This document shows positions 29,013 to 36,385 of a stretch of DNA of 64,000 nt, in pieces. Each line of letters opens with the position of its first letter. The stretch's first letter is position 1. The stretch is from a virus (Duplodnaviria > Caudoviricetes). The stretch lies in the IMG/VR virus record IMGVR_UViG_3300025789_000018. One strand, given 5' to 3'. Both the position numbers and the translations under genes were made by a program. The notes under the pieces are model-generated. The model saw only the letters and a list, made by a program, of their open reading frames with translations, ran no database searches and was not told the DNA's origin.

Positions 29013-30515
29013 ATGGCTGCTTCTATAAACTCAACGAGAATTTATCCTACAGGAAGCGGAGATGCAACTCCAGTAAGATCGTCTGGTGAATCAGAAAAAT
29101 CATTCGTACAGCAAATTACTGAAATAATAAGAATCAGCACAGAATCATTCAAATCTTTAAAAAAGGTTCATGATGCTGAGAAAATATCATTAGAAAAACA
29201 AAATGCAGCTGCTCGTATTGAAAGATTAGAAGCTAAAGAAGAAGCCGTAGCCGAACACGCTAAACCAATAGAAAAGCCCAGCCTTCTTGTTACAATATTG
29301 TTTATTTTGGGAATTGTGTTATCACCGTTGCTAAAATTTATCAAAAACTTGAAAGAAACGATAGAGACATTCATAGTATCAATAAAGAATATAATAACAG
29401 GACTAGTACAAAAAGTTTCTGATATGGCAGATCTTGTAAACCATATAGGAGCATTAGTATTAGGGTTTGTTGAAGGTAAAAATTCTTTTGCAGATATAGA
29501 AGGTGCACTAAGTCAATCTGATGGATTTTTAGATAACAAACATAAAGAACAAAAAGCAGCTGAGGATGCAGCAAAAACAAACGATAGCGCTCCTATACCT
29601 GCAGCTAAATCTAACAGTACAAACAGCAATACAAATCAAGCAACACGTATAGCCAAAGATGCAACAAAGGGTTATGTAAAACCTAAAAGCACTTCTTGGT
29701 GGGATTATTTGTTTGGAACTTCAAATGCAACAAATAATGAAGAAAATAATACAAATTCAAGTGGAGCTATAGATAATAAAAAGTTTGATATTAACAAATA
29801 TATGGAACTTGTTGCTATACACGAGTCTGGAAACAACTGGAATAGCAAACCAGATTTTGGATTTGTGGGTCGATATGCGTTAGGTTCTCAGGCATTAGAA
29901 GATGCTGGATATCTTAAAAAAGGAGCTTCCAAAGGAAGAACTAAAGGAAGAAATGCAGCAATATATGATCCTAGTGCTTGGGTAAACGGATGGGATGTTG
30001 ATAAATTTTTAAGTTCACATGAAGCGCAAAATGATGCGTATAAGAAAATTACTACAGAAAATTATAATCGCCTAAAAGCTAGAGGCATCATAACTGACAG
30101 TATGTCTGGTGCAAAAGTAGCATCAATATTGTTTGGAGCTGCAGAAGGCGGTCTTGGTGGAGCAACAAAATATTTTAAACAGGGCAGAGACACTTATGAT
30201 TTCTATTTCGGATCAAAAGCCTCTGTAGGTAAATCTGCAACATGGATGGAAAACAAATATGAAAAGGGCGATCCAGTAGATCCAAAAAGATTTGCGCATA
30301 CTATAGAACCTGCTCCACAATCTTCATTTGTTTTAGAAGAAGAGGAAAATTATGAAATTGAAGAAAGATCTTCTCCTGCTCCGTACAAAGGGTATCAAAG
30401 AATGCTTGGAAATACAGCAGATAAACCATCAAGATCTTCTCCTTTTCCAAAAGGATCAGCGCCAAATAGTAATAACTCAGAGCAGTATCTTTGGTATTTT
30501 GGCGTAACGGCATAA
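29013..30515 (+). CDS. Tail-associated protein with lysozyme/lytic-transglycosylase-like domain
   Basis: IHESGNNW...GFVGRYALG..AL.D, FL.S.EAQ motifs; follows the tape-measure-like gene. Confidence 0.65.
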   Translation: MAASINSTRIYPTGSGDATPVRSSGESEKSFVQQITEIIRISTESFKSLKKVHDAEKISLEKQNAAARIERLEAKEEAVAEHAKPIEKPSLLVTILFILGIVLSPLLKFIKNLKETIETFIVSIKNIITGLVQKVSDMADLVNHIGALVLGFVEGKNSFADIEGALSQSDGFLDNKHKEQKAAEDAAKTNDSAPIPAAKSNSTNSNTNQATRIAKDATKGYVKPKSTSWWDYLFGTSNATNNEENNTNSSGAIDNKKFDINKYMELVAIHESGNNWNSKPDFGFVGRYALGSQALEDAGYLKKGASKGRTKGRNAAIYDPSAWVNGWDVDKFLSSHEAQNDAYKKITTENYNRLKARGIITDSMSGAKVASILFGAAEGGLGGATKYFKQGRDTYDFYFGSKASVGKSATWMENKYEKGDPVDPKRFAHTIEPAPQSSFVLEEEENYEIEERSSPAPYKGYQRMLGNTADKPSRSSPFPKGSAPNSNNSEQYLWYFGVTA

Positions 30516-30541
30516 AAAAAGGGGGGAATTTCTTCCCCCCT
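30514..30541 (-). terminator. Intrinsic terminator between convergent genes
   Basis: On the - strand AGGGGGGAA-GAAA-TTCCCCCCT followed by a T run, immediately after the gp32 stop. Confidence 0.85.
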
Positions 30542-30546
30542 CATCA

Positions 30547-31458
30547 TCAATCTTCTTCTTCAGCGATTCGCTTAAAGAACGATAGATCTTCATCATCCTC
30601 ATCAGTGTTCCAAAGAGTTGCATCCTCTTCAGCTTCATGAGCTGCAGGCTTTGCGCGAGCAGCAGGAGCAGAAGCAACTGGACCAGCGTCAGTATTACCA
30701 CGCGAGTCAATACCAAGAACTTGATGGAGACGACGCTTCAGTTCGTCATAGCTCTTGAATGTCGAAGGATCAATGATTTCCTGCAATGAGTACTCAGACT
30801 TCCAGATCTTTTCAAGTTCCGAGTCCTTGTCAAGAAGAGGAGCGATATCATCAAACTCCGACTTATCGTAGTTACGATAACCGTCGACCTTACGGATCTT
30901 GAGCTTGAAGTTAGCGCCTTCCCAGAGATCAAAAGGATTCATAGGAGTTTCATCTTCGAACTGAGGATGCATAGCTGCATTCAGCTTTTCGAAAATCTTC
31001 TTACCGTACTTGAACAGGAAAACCTTACCGTCGTTTTCGGGATTAGCTGGATCTTTAACAACATAGATGTTAGAGATATAACCTAGACGGCGCTTCTGGT
31101 CGCGAGCTTGCTTACGTTCAGGCGACTTATCGTCGTCCGAAGCGTTCCAAAGCTGGCTGTTGAATTCAGCGCAAGGATCTTTCTGATTGATAGTTGTCAG
31201 AGACTTTTCGATGTACCAACCATTGGGTCCCTTGAAACCATGATCCCAAAGACGGACGAAAGGTACAGTTTCATCGCCAGGCGAAGGAAGGAAACGGATA
31301 ATGGCATAACCATTACCAGCCTTATCTACGGTTGGCGACCAATATCGATTATCTTCTGCGTTGTTTTCAGTCTTGTTTGCGAGCTTATTGATCTCGGCGG
31401 TCAGACTTTCAAGCGATGCGAGACCGCTCTTCTTCTTAAGGTTTGCAAATGTTGACAT
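30547..31458 (-). CDS. gp32: Single-stranded DNA-binding protein gp32
   Basis: DKAGNGYA.IRFLP, HGFKGP.GWYIE.SLTT, GKVFL.K.GKKIF.K, GANFKLKI, acidic tail. Confidence 0.97.
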   Translation of the reverse strand: MSTFANLKKKSGLASLESLTAEINKLANKTENNAEDNRYWSPTVDKAGNGYAIIRFLPSPGDETVPFVRLWDHGFKGPNGWYIEKSLTTINQKDPCAEFNSQLWNASDDDKSPERKQARDQKRRLGYISNIYVVKDPANPENDGKVFLFKYGKKIFEKLNAAMHPQFEDETPMNPFDLWEGANFKLKIRKVDGYRNYDKSEFDDIAPLLDKDSELEKIWKSEYSLQEIIDPSTFKSYDELKRRLHQVLGIDSRGNTDAGPVASAPAARAKPAAHEAEEDATLWNTDEDDEDLSFFKRIAEEED

Positions 31459-31534
31459 ATGTATCTCCTTTGTATGTCGGTGTATAACGTTGTATCCACA
31501 ATATCATAATATATACTATATATGCTCACTGAAA

Positions 31535-32113
31535 TCAAGCAAAAACTTTCAAGATAATTTTTTTCATTTTAAAAATATCATATGGCACAAAAGGTGCATA
31601 TTTCTTGCATTTCAGTCGCACTTCTTCCCAAACAAGATCACCATCAAGTTTACTGTCCCAGTAGCGAAAAATCCCACAGGCTTTGTCTAGGATAATAAGA
31701 GTCTCGATATTGATTTTGTTTTGGAGGAACAGCTTTAGCAGTTTAGGGTATTGTCCATCTATAACTTTGATAGAGTCATCAAAAGATGGTAACAGCTTAT
31801 CTAAATCTTGTTCGAAAATGTAGCTGATAGATTCATTTCTACGCTTCCATTCAAGATATGTGTCAGTATATTTGGATTCAGCAACCAAATCACCAACCCA
31901 TATATTATACCCGTATTTGACAAAATTAGCAACTATAAAATTGACAGGATCATCTTTTTTTGCTAACTTGTGATACATGTACTTGTCTTTACGGGTTTCG
32001 AAAGAAGTTTTGCTCGCCCGTGTTTTTCCATTGTACAGAAAGTAATCGTATTTCGGTTTAGAAAAATGATTCTTTAAGGCAATGAAAAGTTTATATGCCT
32101 CAACAGCTTCCAT
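31535..32113 (-). CDS. gp59: Helicase loader gp59
   Basis: AY..F.ALK.HF....YDYF.Y.GK, F..RKDK, IS/N.ETL.IL motifs; next to gp32. Confidence 0.9.
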   Translation of the reverse strand: MEAVEAYKLFIALKNHFSKPKYDYFLYNGKTRASKTSFETRKDKYMYHKLAKKDDPVNFIVANFVKYGYNIWVGDLVAESKYTDTYLEWKRRNESISYIFEQDLDKLLPSFDDSIKVIDGQYPKLLKLFLQNKINIETLIILDKACGIFRYWDSKLDGDLVWEEVRLKCKKYAPFVPYDIFKMKKIILKVFA

Positions 32114-32352
32114 TAGATCGGCAGCTTTGATGACTTAGGTAAGAAATTTAAAGATTCTGCTTCTTCTTGAATCTTGCTTCTCATAATCGCATTATTCTTA
32201 ACCATTGACGCCACAGATTCTACTTCGATATTTCTTTTTTCGCAGTAGAAAACTATGGCGTCAAGGTAATCAAGATTATGTTTCTTCACAAGATCGTCGA
32301 TTTCCCTCACAAAATCAGTAGAATTCTTAATAAACGGGACGACGTCTTTCAT
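32113..32352 (-). CDS. gp33: Late transcription coactivator gp33
   Basis: Y.DAIV.YCE...IE.E.V, KI..EA..LNFL. Confidence 0.9.
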   Translation of the reverse strand: MKDVVPFIKNSTDFVREIDDLVKKHNLDYLDAIVFYCEKRNIEVESVASMVKNNAIMRSKIQEEAESLNFLPKSSKLPI

Positions 32353-32355
32353 ACT

Positions 32356-32904
32356 TTATCCTTTGTTTACATAAAAATAGTGTTGTCCAATTTGGGCAAT
32401 TCTAACATAGCCCAATAGATGCCAGTGCGGGTGAATATAGTTAGCATGATAGAATTGAGCGCCGCGTGTAATGTCAGCACAGATACCGTGATATACTTGA
32501 TATGCAACAGTTTTACTGTCCTGATATGTAGTACTCGCATACATGATAGGTCTATTTCTCATACAAACCCAAGAGAACTGACAAACTCTACCACGCTTCT
32601 GTCTTACGACTTTACATGGAGTATTACCAAATCTCTTATCGCCAACTCGATTCATAACAACCTGAGTTACGGCAATTTTACCCTTAATAGACTGATTTCC
32701 TGCTTCATAATAAGCATTTTGTGCAAGACAATCAATCTGTTGTTTATCGTAGTTAGATTCATTAACGACTGGCTTTCCGAAAACTTCAGCTTTTGGTGTA
32801 TTTGCTCGAGCTGTTTCTGAAAAACTCATTATTACAACACTCAAACAAACCAGTGCAATTATAACAATATGACCAAAAGACTTAATTTTATCGAATAGTA
32901 ACAT
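32356..32904 (-). CDS. SleB-like cell wall hydrolase with N-terminal hydrophobic segment (probable start 32904)
   Basis: CLA.N.YYEA.NQ...G..AV..V.MNRV, CQFSW.C, GA.FYHA.Y..P.W, IG.H.FY. Confidence 0.9.
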   Translation of the reverse strand: MLLFDKIKSFGHIVIIALVCLSVVIMSFSETARANTPKAEVFGKPVVNESNYDKQQIDCLAQNAYYEAGNQSIKGKIAVTQVVMNRVGDKRFGNTPCKVVRQKRGRVCQFSWVCMRNRPIMYASTTYQDSKTVAYQVYHGICADITRGAQFYHANYIHPHWHLLGYVRIAQIGQHYFYVNKG

Positions 32905-33138
32905 TCGTTCCTCTTTTAAATTAACGATTCTGGCGATTGCATGTGTCCTTATAGAGCGTCTCATCTCGTGACAGTGATACAATGCTAAAAGAAGATACAA
33001 ATAATGGATACTCTCGGGTATCTTCTAGTCCATCTCCCTCTTACTGGAGTTGCAAAATCATTATGCTTTTATGGCGGTAATCCGCTGCTTTCTTCTGAAA
33101 GCTATGTAAGAGCTCATGGAGGCCATGCCTCCGATTAT

Positions 33139-33146
33139 ATTTATAT
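33139..33146 (-). promoter_or_regulatory. T4-type late promoter upstream of the SleB-like gene
   Basis: TATAAATA on the - strand. Confidence 0.7.
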
Positions 33147-33194
33147 AAGTCTTAGAAATTATTTTATCGGTTGGACTTATTTTTGTAACGTTTG

Positions 33195-33302
33195 AACTTA
33201 GAAGAACACTGACTGATACCTGCACTTCTCACCGTGTGCTTTTCGAGTCGCGATCCCTAGATATCCGCGTGGCGTTATTCGTTGTCAGTGTTCATCAAAG
33301 TT
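33195..33302 (-). ncRNA. Unidentified structured RNA B (about 108 nt)
   Basis: Terminal helix AACTTtGAtGAACACTGAC / GTCAGTGTTCtTCtAAGTT enclosing two hairpins; no credible ORF; downstream of late promoter 33472-33479. Confidence 0.6.
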
Positions 33303-33303
33303 T

Positions 33304-33465
33304 GCTGGGTACTATCGCTCCGTTTAAGGGCAATCGCTATACGTAGCCCCCCTAGAATAAACCTTTCATCGGTTGCGCCGAACATCCCACATAGTGGCGG
33401 TTATCAGCTAGGGTGATGATCTTCCTCGATAGTTAGGATCTTGCGCTCTTCTGCTCGGACCCAAC
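33304..33465 (-). ncRNA. Unidentified structured RNA C (about 162 nt, multibranch)
   Basis: Nested stems GTTGGGT/ACCCAGC, ACTATCG/CGATAGT, CCCTAG/CTAGGG, GCC/GGC, ACC/GGT, GGGC/GCCC; starts just after TATAAATA (33479-33472). Confidence 0.65.
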
Positions 33466-33480
33466 AAAACTTATTTATAA

Positions 33481-33589
33481 ACTTAGAAGAACCTACGATA
33501 TGGAGCACCCTCTCCATGGCAGCCACCAACGTCTTCGTCAAGACTTATTTCGGTGGTAGAACCCGTCGGCAAAGTAGGTTCATCTAAGT
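33481..33589 (-). ncRNA. Unidentified structured RNA A (about 109 nt)
   Basis: 16-bp terminal helix ACTTAGAtGAACCTAC / GTAGGTTCtTCTAAGT enclosing CCACC..GTCTT-GACG-AAGAC..GGTGG and ATGGAG..CTCCAT hairpins. Confidence 0.6.
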
Positions 33590-33625
33590 GGTGGTTATTC
33601 TGTTGCAAGGTCAACCACCAAACCC
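33590..33625 (-). other. Displaced probable ancestral 3' end of the tmRNA coding piece
   Basis: GGGTTTGGTGGTTGACCTTGCAACAGAATAACCACC resembles the alphaproteobacterial tmRNA 3' hairpin (…GTACCTGGCAACAGAAAC…, recalled, not aligned). Confidence 0.55.
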
Positions 33626-33631
33626 ATATTT

Positions 33632-33698
33632 TATAAATAAGATGTGACTCGCGGTTTCGCACACCCAGTCACTCTAACGCTTACAAGGAGCAATCAGC
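33632..33698 (+). promoter_or_regulatory. Late promoter plus conserved structured leader (copy 1) of a homing endonuclease gene
   Basis: TATAAATA, GTGACT/AGTCAC stem with CGC bulge, TCTAACGCTTACAAGGAGCAATCAGCATG. Confidence 0.8.
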
Positions 33699-34469
33699 AT
33701 GACTATTTATACAGGATACGTATATCTTTGGTACGACACCAGAGCAAAATTCTTTTATCTTGGTGGCCACAAAGGTAAAGTAGAAGATTCTTATATCTGC
33801 TCTAACAAAATGATGCTGAGAGCATACAAGAAACGTCCAGAAACATTCAAATTTCGTGTGCTTGAATATGTTTACGGCGACAACAAAGCTTTGCGTGAAG
33901 CAGAACAACGTTGGCTAAACATGATCAAAGACGAAGAACTTTATTGGACACCAAACATTTACAACAAAACTGTTAGATATTACAACCAGAAGAAACATTC
34001 TGCTGGAGGTAATGGCACTGCCAATAAAGGCAAAAGTAGACCAAGTTGGAGCAAAGGATATACAAAAGATGAAATAAATCTAAGAAGAGACGGTCTGTTG
34101 TCTTTCTTTCCTTTAGATATTCCTAAGAAACTTCCAAAAAGGCGTCAACTAGACAAAAGTAAAACAAAAATAAAAGAAGCAAAACCAAAGTTTTGTAAAG
34201 TGTATTCGCATATATGCGAAAAGTGTGCTAAAAACTTCTATCATAAAAAAGATGATATTAGATTTTGCTCTCTATCATGCCGCGCAAGTAATGCAGCATC
34301 TTTAGTAAAGGTAAATGGCATGAAGAAAGAACAAACTAGAAAAAGTTTTTCTAATCTAACCACTGGAAGAAAAATGTCCACGAGAGAAGACGGCACAAGA
34401 TATTGGACATATCCAGATAATGAGGGTGTTTATTTCACAGAGTACACCCACAAACTCCGAACTACTTAG
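33699..34469 (+). CDS. GIY-YIG (Seg-like) homing endonuclease, inverted, inside the tmRNA locus
   Basis: GYVYLW...FFYLGGHKG...Y..S, E..WL, YYN; C-terminal Cys-rich segment. Confidence 0.85.
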   Translation: MTIYTGYVYLWYDTRAKFFYLGGHKGKVEDSYICSNKMMLRAYKKRPETFKFRVLEYVYGDNKALREAEQRWLNMIKDEELYWTPNIYNKTVRYYNQKKHSAGGNGTANKGKSRPSWSKGYTKDEINLRRDGLLSFFPLDIPKKLPKRRQLDKSKTKIKEAKPKFCKVYSHICEKCAKNFYHKKDDIRFCSLSCRASNAASLVKVNGMKKEQTRKSFSNLTTGRKMSTREDGTRYWTYPDNEGVYFTEYTHKLRTT

Positions 34470-34755
34470 ATCAGGCAGACATTCTCACGGCTGCAAAATC
34501 GTTGTCGTTATGTGCAACTAGGTTGACATTTACAGTTTTAGCCACTCGGCCAGCGAATCAGTCTAGACTTTCCTATCCAATGCAAATCGATCCCAGGTCA
34601 TCCCCATCAACTACACTGTGCTATATAAGGATAGCGTTAGTCCTAAGTCTTTAGACAATACTATCTAGCAGATACTAAATGCACAGTATAGATGGTGGAG
34701 ATGGGGAGAATCGAACTCCCGTCTTTACATCTTTCAGTCCGCTTTCAAACAACTG
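34424..34755 (-). ncRNA. ssrA: Two-piece (circularly permuted, alphaproteobacterial-type) tmRNA
   Basis: Acceptor piece ends GGGAG-TTCGATT-CTCCC-CATCTCC-ACCA (3' A at 34693). An 87-nt intervening segment follows. The coding piece starts GGGGATG at 34605, giving a 7-bp acceptor stem with G3:U70. Helix 2 TTTGCAT/ATGTAAA. Tag frame 34515-34471 reads AHNDNDFAAVRMSA*. Confidence 0.9.
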
Positions 34756-34761
34756 ATAACT

Positions 34762-34792
34762 TATTTATACGCGAAACGCATATAAATGTCAA
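34762..34792 (-). promoter_or_regulatory. Dual sigma70/late promoter for tmRNA
   Basis: TTGACA-N17-TATAAA, where the -10 box is also a T4 late TATAAATA. Confidence 0.75.
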
Positions 34793-34796
34793 GAGA

Positions 34797-35000
34797 TTAT
34801 TTTACCTTTTTGTTGACTTTGGCCTTTGGTGCAGGCGTTAGAGCAGCTTCTAGACGCTCTTCCAGATCCTTGATGTCTGCTTCAGCAGTGGCAAGCTTTT
34901 CCTTCAGTCGGGCACTTTCGATAGTATCTGCGCTTACAACCGTACCAGCCACAAATGCTACGAACAGCAATGCAATGAAAATTCCGTATACAATAAACAT
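34797..35000 (-). CDS. Small membrane-anchored coiled-coil protein
   Basis: N-terminal hydrophobic helix; GGAGA RBS. Confidence 0.6.
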   Translation of the reverse strand: MFIVYGIFIALLFVAFVAGTVVSADTIESARLKEKLATAEADIKDLEERLEAALTPAPKAKVNKKVK

Positions 35001-35032
35001 AATGTTCTCCTATTATAAAATGGCAATGATAC

Positions 35033-35173
35033 CTAGATATTTATATCGTTAGCCTCATCATTCCAGACGTCTTTGATCTGCCGACCTCGACCGACTGTCT
35101 TCTTCTTGCTCTCTATAATCTTGGGCTTGTTATAGCGCCAAGAGTTACCAGCAACAGGATTACGCGGCTTCAT
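35033..35173 (-). CDS. Small basic protein, weakly ArfA-like (46 aa, not in ORF track)
   Basis: MKPRNPVAGNSWRYNKPKIIESKKKTVGRGRQIKDVW...; overlaps the upstream gene's end. Confidence 0.45.
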   Translation of the reverse strand: MKPRNPVAGNSWRYNKPKIIESKKKTVGRGRQIKDVWNDEANDINI

Positions 35174-35564
35174 TGACTTTCTCCAACCATTGCTTGATCG
35201 AACCAAACTTCAGATCAAAACACCATTCAAGACGTTCATAGCCGTAGAAGTTCAAATCATCAAGTTCATCTTCTGCATCCTCAAGGATTTCAATAGCATG
35301 TTCAACCGAAGTACCAGGAACAAGTTCCTGAATCTTCTCAATGCGGCCGACAAAAACCTTGAAGTTGTTTTCATGACGAATAGCTTCTTCTCGGTTTTGA
35401 AGATCAAGCATTTTAACCAGAAACTCAAAGTCCTTTTCAAAAGCTTCTAGAGAAAGGAAAGTGATCCCACGAGGGCGAAAGCCGTTAAGATCCTTGAAAA
35501 GATCCGAATAGATGTCACCATCATGCGAGTTGGTCAGGGCGTTGATGTCCGACAGGTTCAACAT
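35160..35564 (-). CDS. Hypothetical early protein
   Basis: ORF directly behind an early promoter cassette; SDLFKDLNGFRPR motif. Confidence 0.7.
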   Translation of the reverse strand: MLNLSDINALTNSHDGDIYSDLFKDLNGFRPRGITFLSLEAFEKDFEFLVKMLDLQNREEAIRHENNFKVFVGRIEKIQELVPGTSVEHAIEILEDAEDELDDLNFYGYERLEWCFDLKFGSIKQWLEKVNEAA

Positions 35565-35652
35565 TTCGAATCACTCCATCTCTCTGCTACATTCTCACAA
35601 TACGATGATTCGATAAAAATGTCAACCCAAAAGTTGTTTCAGTGCGTGAAAC

Positions 35653-35946
35653 TCAGAATGATGTCCACTCGTACTCGCTGTTACCTGTCTTGAAGCGAAC
35701 ATAGAGAAAGTTTGGATCCTCAGGATCAGTTCGCTCTTCCAGAATCTCAGTGATGTATGTGGTCTGCCACCAGTCGTATTCAGAGTACGACCGAGCATAG
35801 ATACTACCTACACGCATGACAACACCAACACGAGGTACTGCCGCATTTTCATACTGAATCTGATTATTATTGTCTTTCCATAGTGCCATGGACATGTTGC
35901 CCGAGTCACCAGCTTCATCTCTTGTTCTACGCAATGAATATGCCAT
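35653..35946 (-). CDS. Hypothetical protein
   Basis: ORF in tightly packed leftward cluster. Confidence 0.6.
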   Translation of the reverse strand: MAYSLRRTRDEAGDSGNMSMALWKDNNNQIQYENAAVPRVGVVMRVGSIYARSYSEYDWWQTTYITEILEERTDPEDPNFLYVRFKTGNSEYEWTSF

Positions 35947-35947
35947 A

Positions 35948-36217
35948 TTACCACTCCGTTCCTACGGTGAAGTTAGTCTTTTCGTATGCTTGGAACCAGT
36001 CAACACCATATGCAGGGCAGATATAGATTGTATCAGGTAGACCGTTGGTATCCTTCTCACCACCTTCACCACAGATGAAGTAGCGATCACCAAGCTTCTC
36101 TGCTAAAATGGTGTGGTAAACTAGTCTATAGAACTTCCGAAGTTCTTCTAGTTCGCCTTCGAATGCTTCGGTCTTAAGATTACTATCAGAAAAATGCTCT
36201 TGCATTAGTTTACCCAC
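35948..36217 (-). CDS. Hypothetical protein
   Basis: ORF in tightly packed leftward cluster. Confidence 0.6.
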   Translation of the reverse strand: MGKLMQEHFSDSNLKTEAFEGELEELRKFYRLVYHTILAEKLGDRYFICGEGGEKDTNGLPDTIYICPAYGVDWFQAYEKTNFTVGTEW

Positions 36218-36384
36218 ATCTTAAATAAAAGAGATGATAGATATATTGGCCAGATAGCCGCAGCAAATGCAGTGCCAATACACACAGGAACATCGTTTAA
36301 ACCGTCACGATATTCATCACCATGTTTTGCTTGATGATAACCACCCGACAATACTGCGATAATAATGTATAAGATAACAAACAT
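36205..36384 (-). CDS. Small membrane protein
   Basis: Two hydrophobic segments; start taken at MFVILY. Confidence 0.55.
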   Translation of the reverse strand: MFVILYIIIAVLSGGYHQAKHGDEYRDGLNDVPVCIGTAFAAAIWPIYLSSLLFKMWVN

Positions 36385-36385
36385 A

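Noticed and set aside
32905-33195. ORF-track start at 33000 for the hydrolase and + strand ORF 33004-33195
   Set aside because: A better RBS (AAGAGGAA) precedes 32904; the + ORF is antisense to a promoter-driven structured leader
33360-33410. Hammerhead-like CTGATAA / GATGAAA strings in RNA C
   Set aside because: The CUGAUGA-stem II-GAAA core is not present in the right order
33304-33465. RNase P RNA (GAGGAAG resembles CR-I)
   Set aside because: Too short, and no CR-V/P4 partner sequence before the closing helix
34693-34725. Apparent tRNA (T-arm plus CCA)
   Set aside because: No anticodon or D arm upstream. Its acceptor partner lies downstream, so it is the tmRNA acceptor piece.
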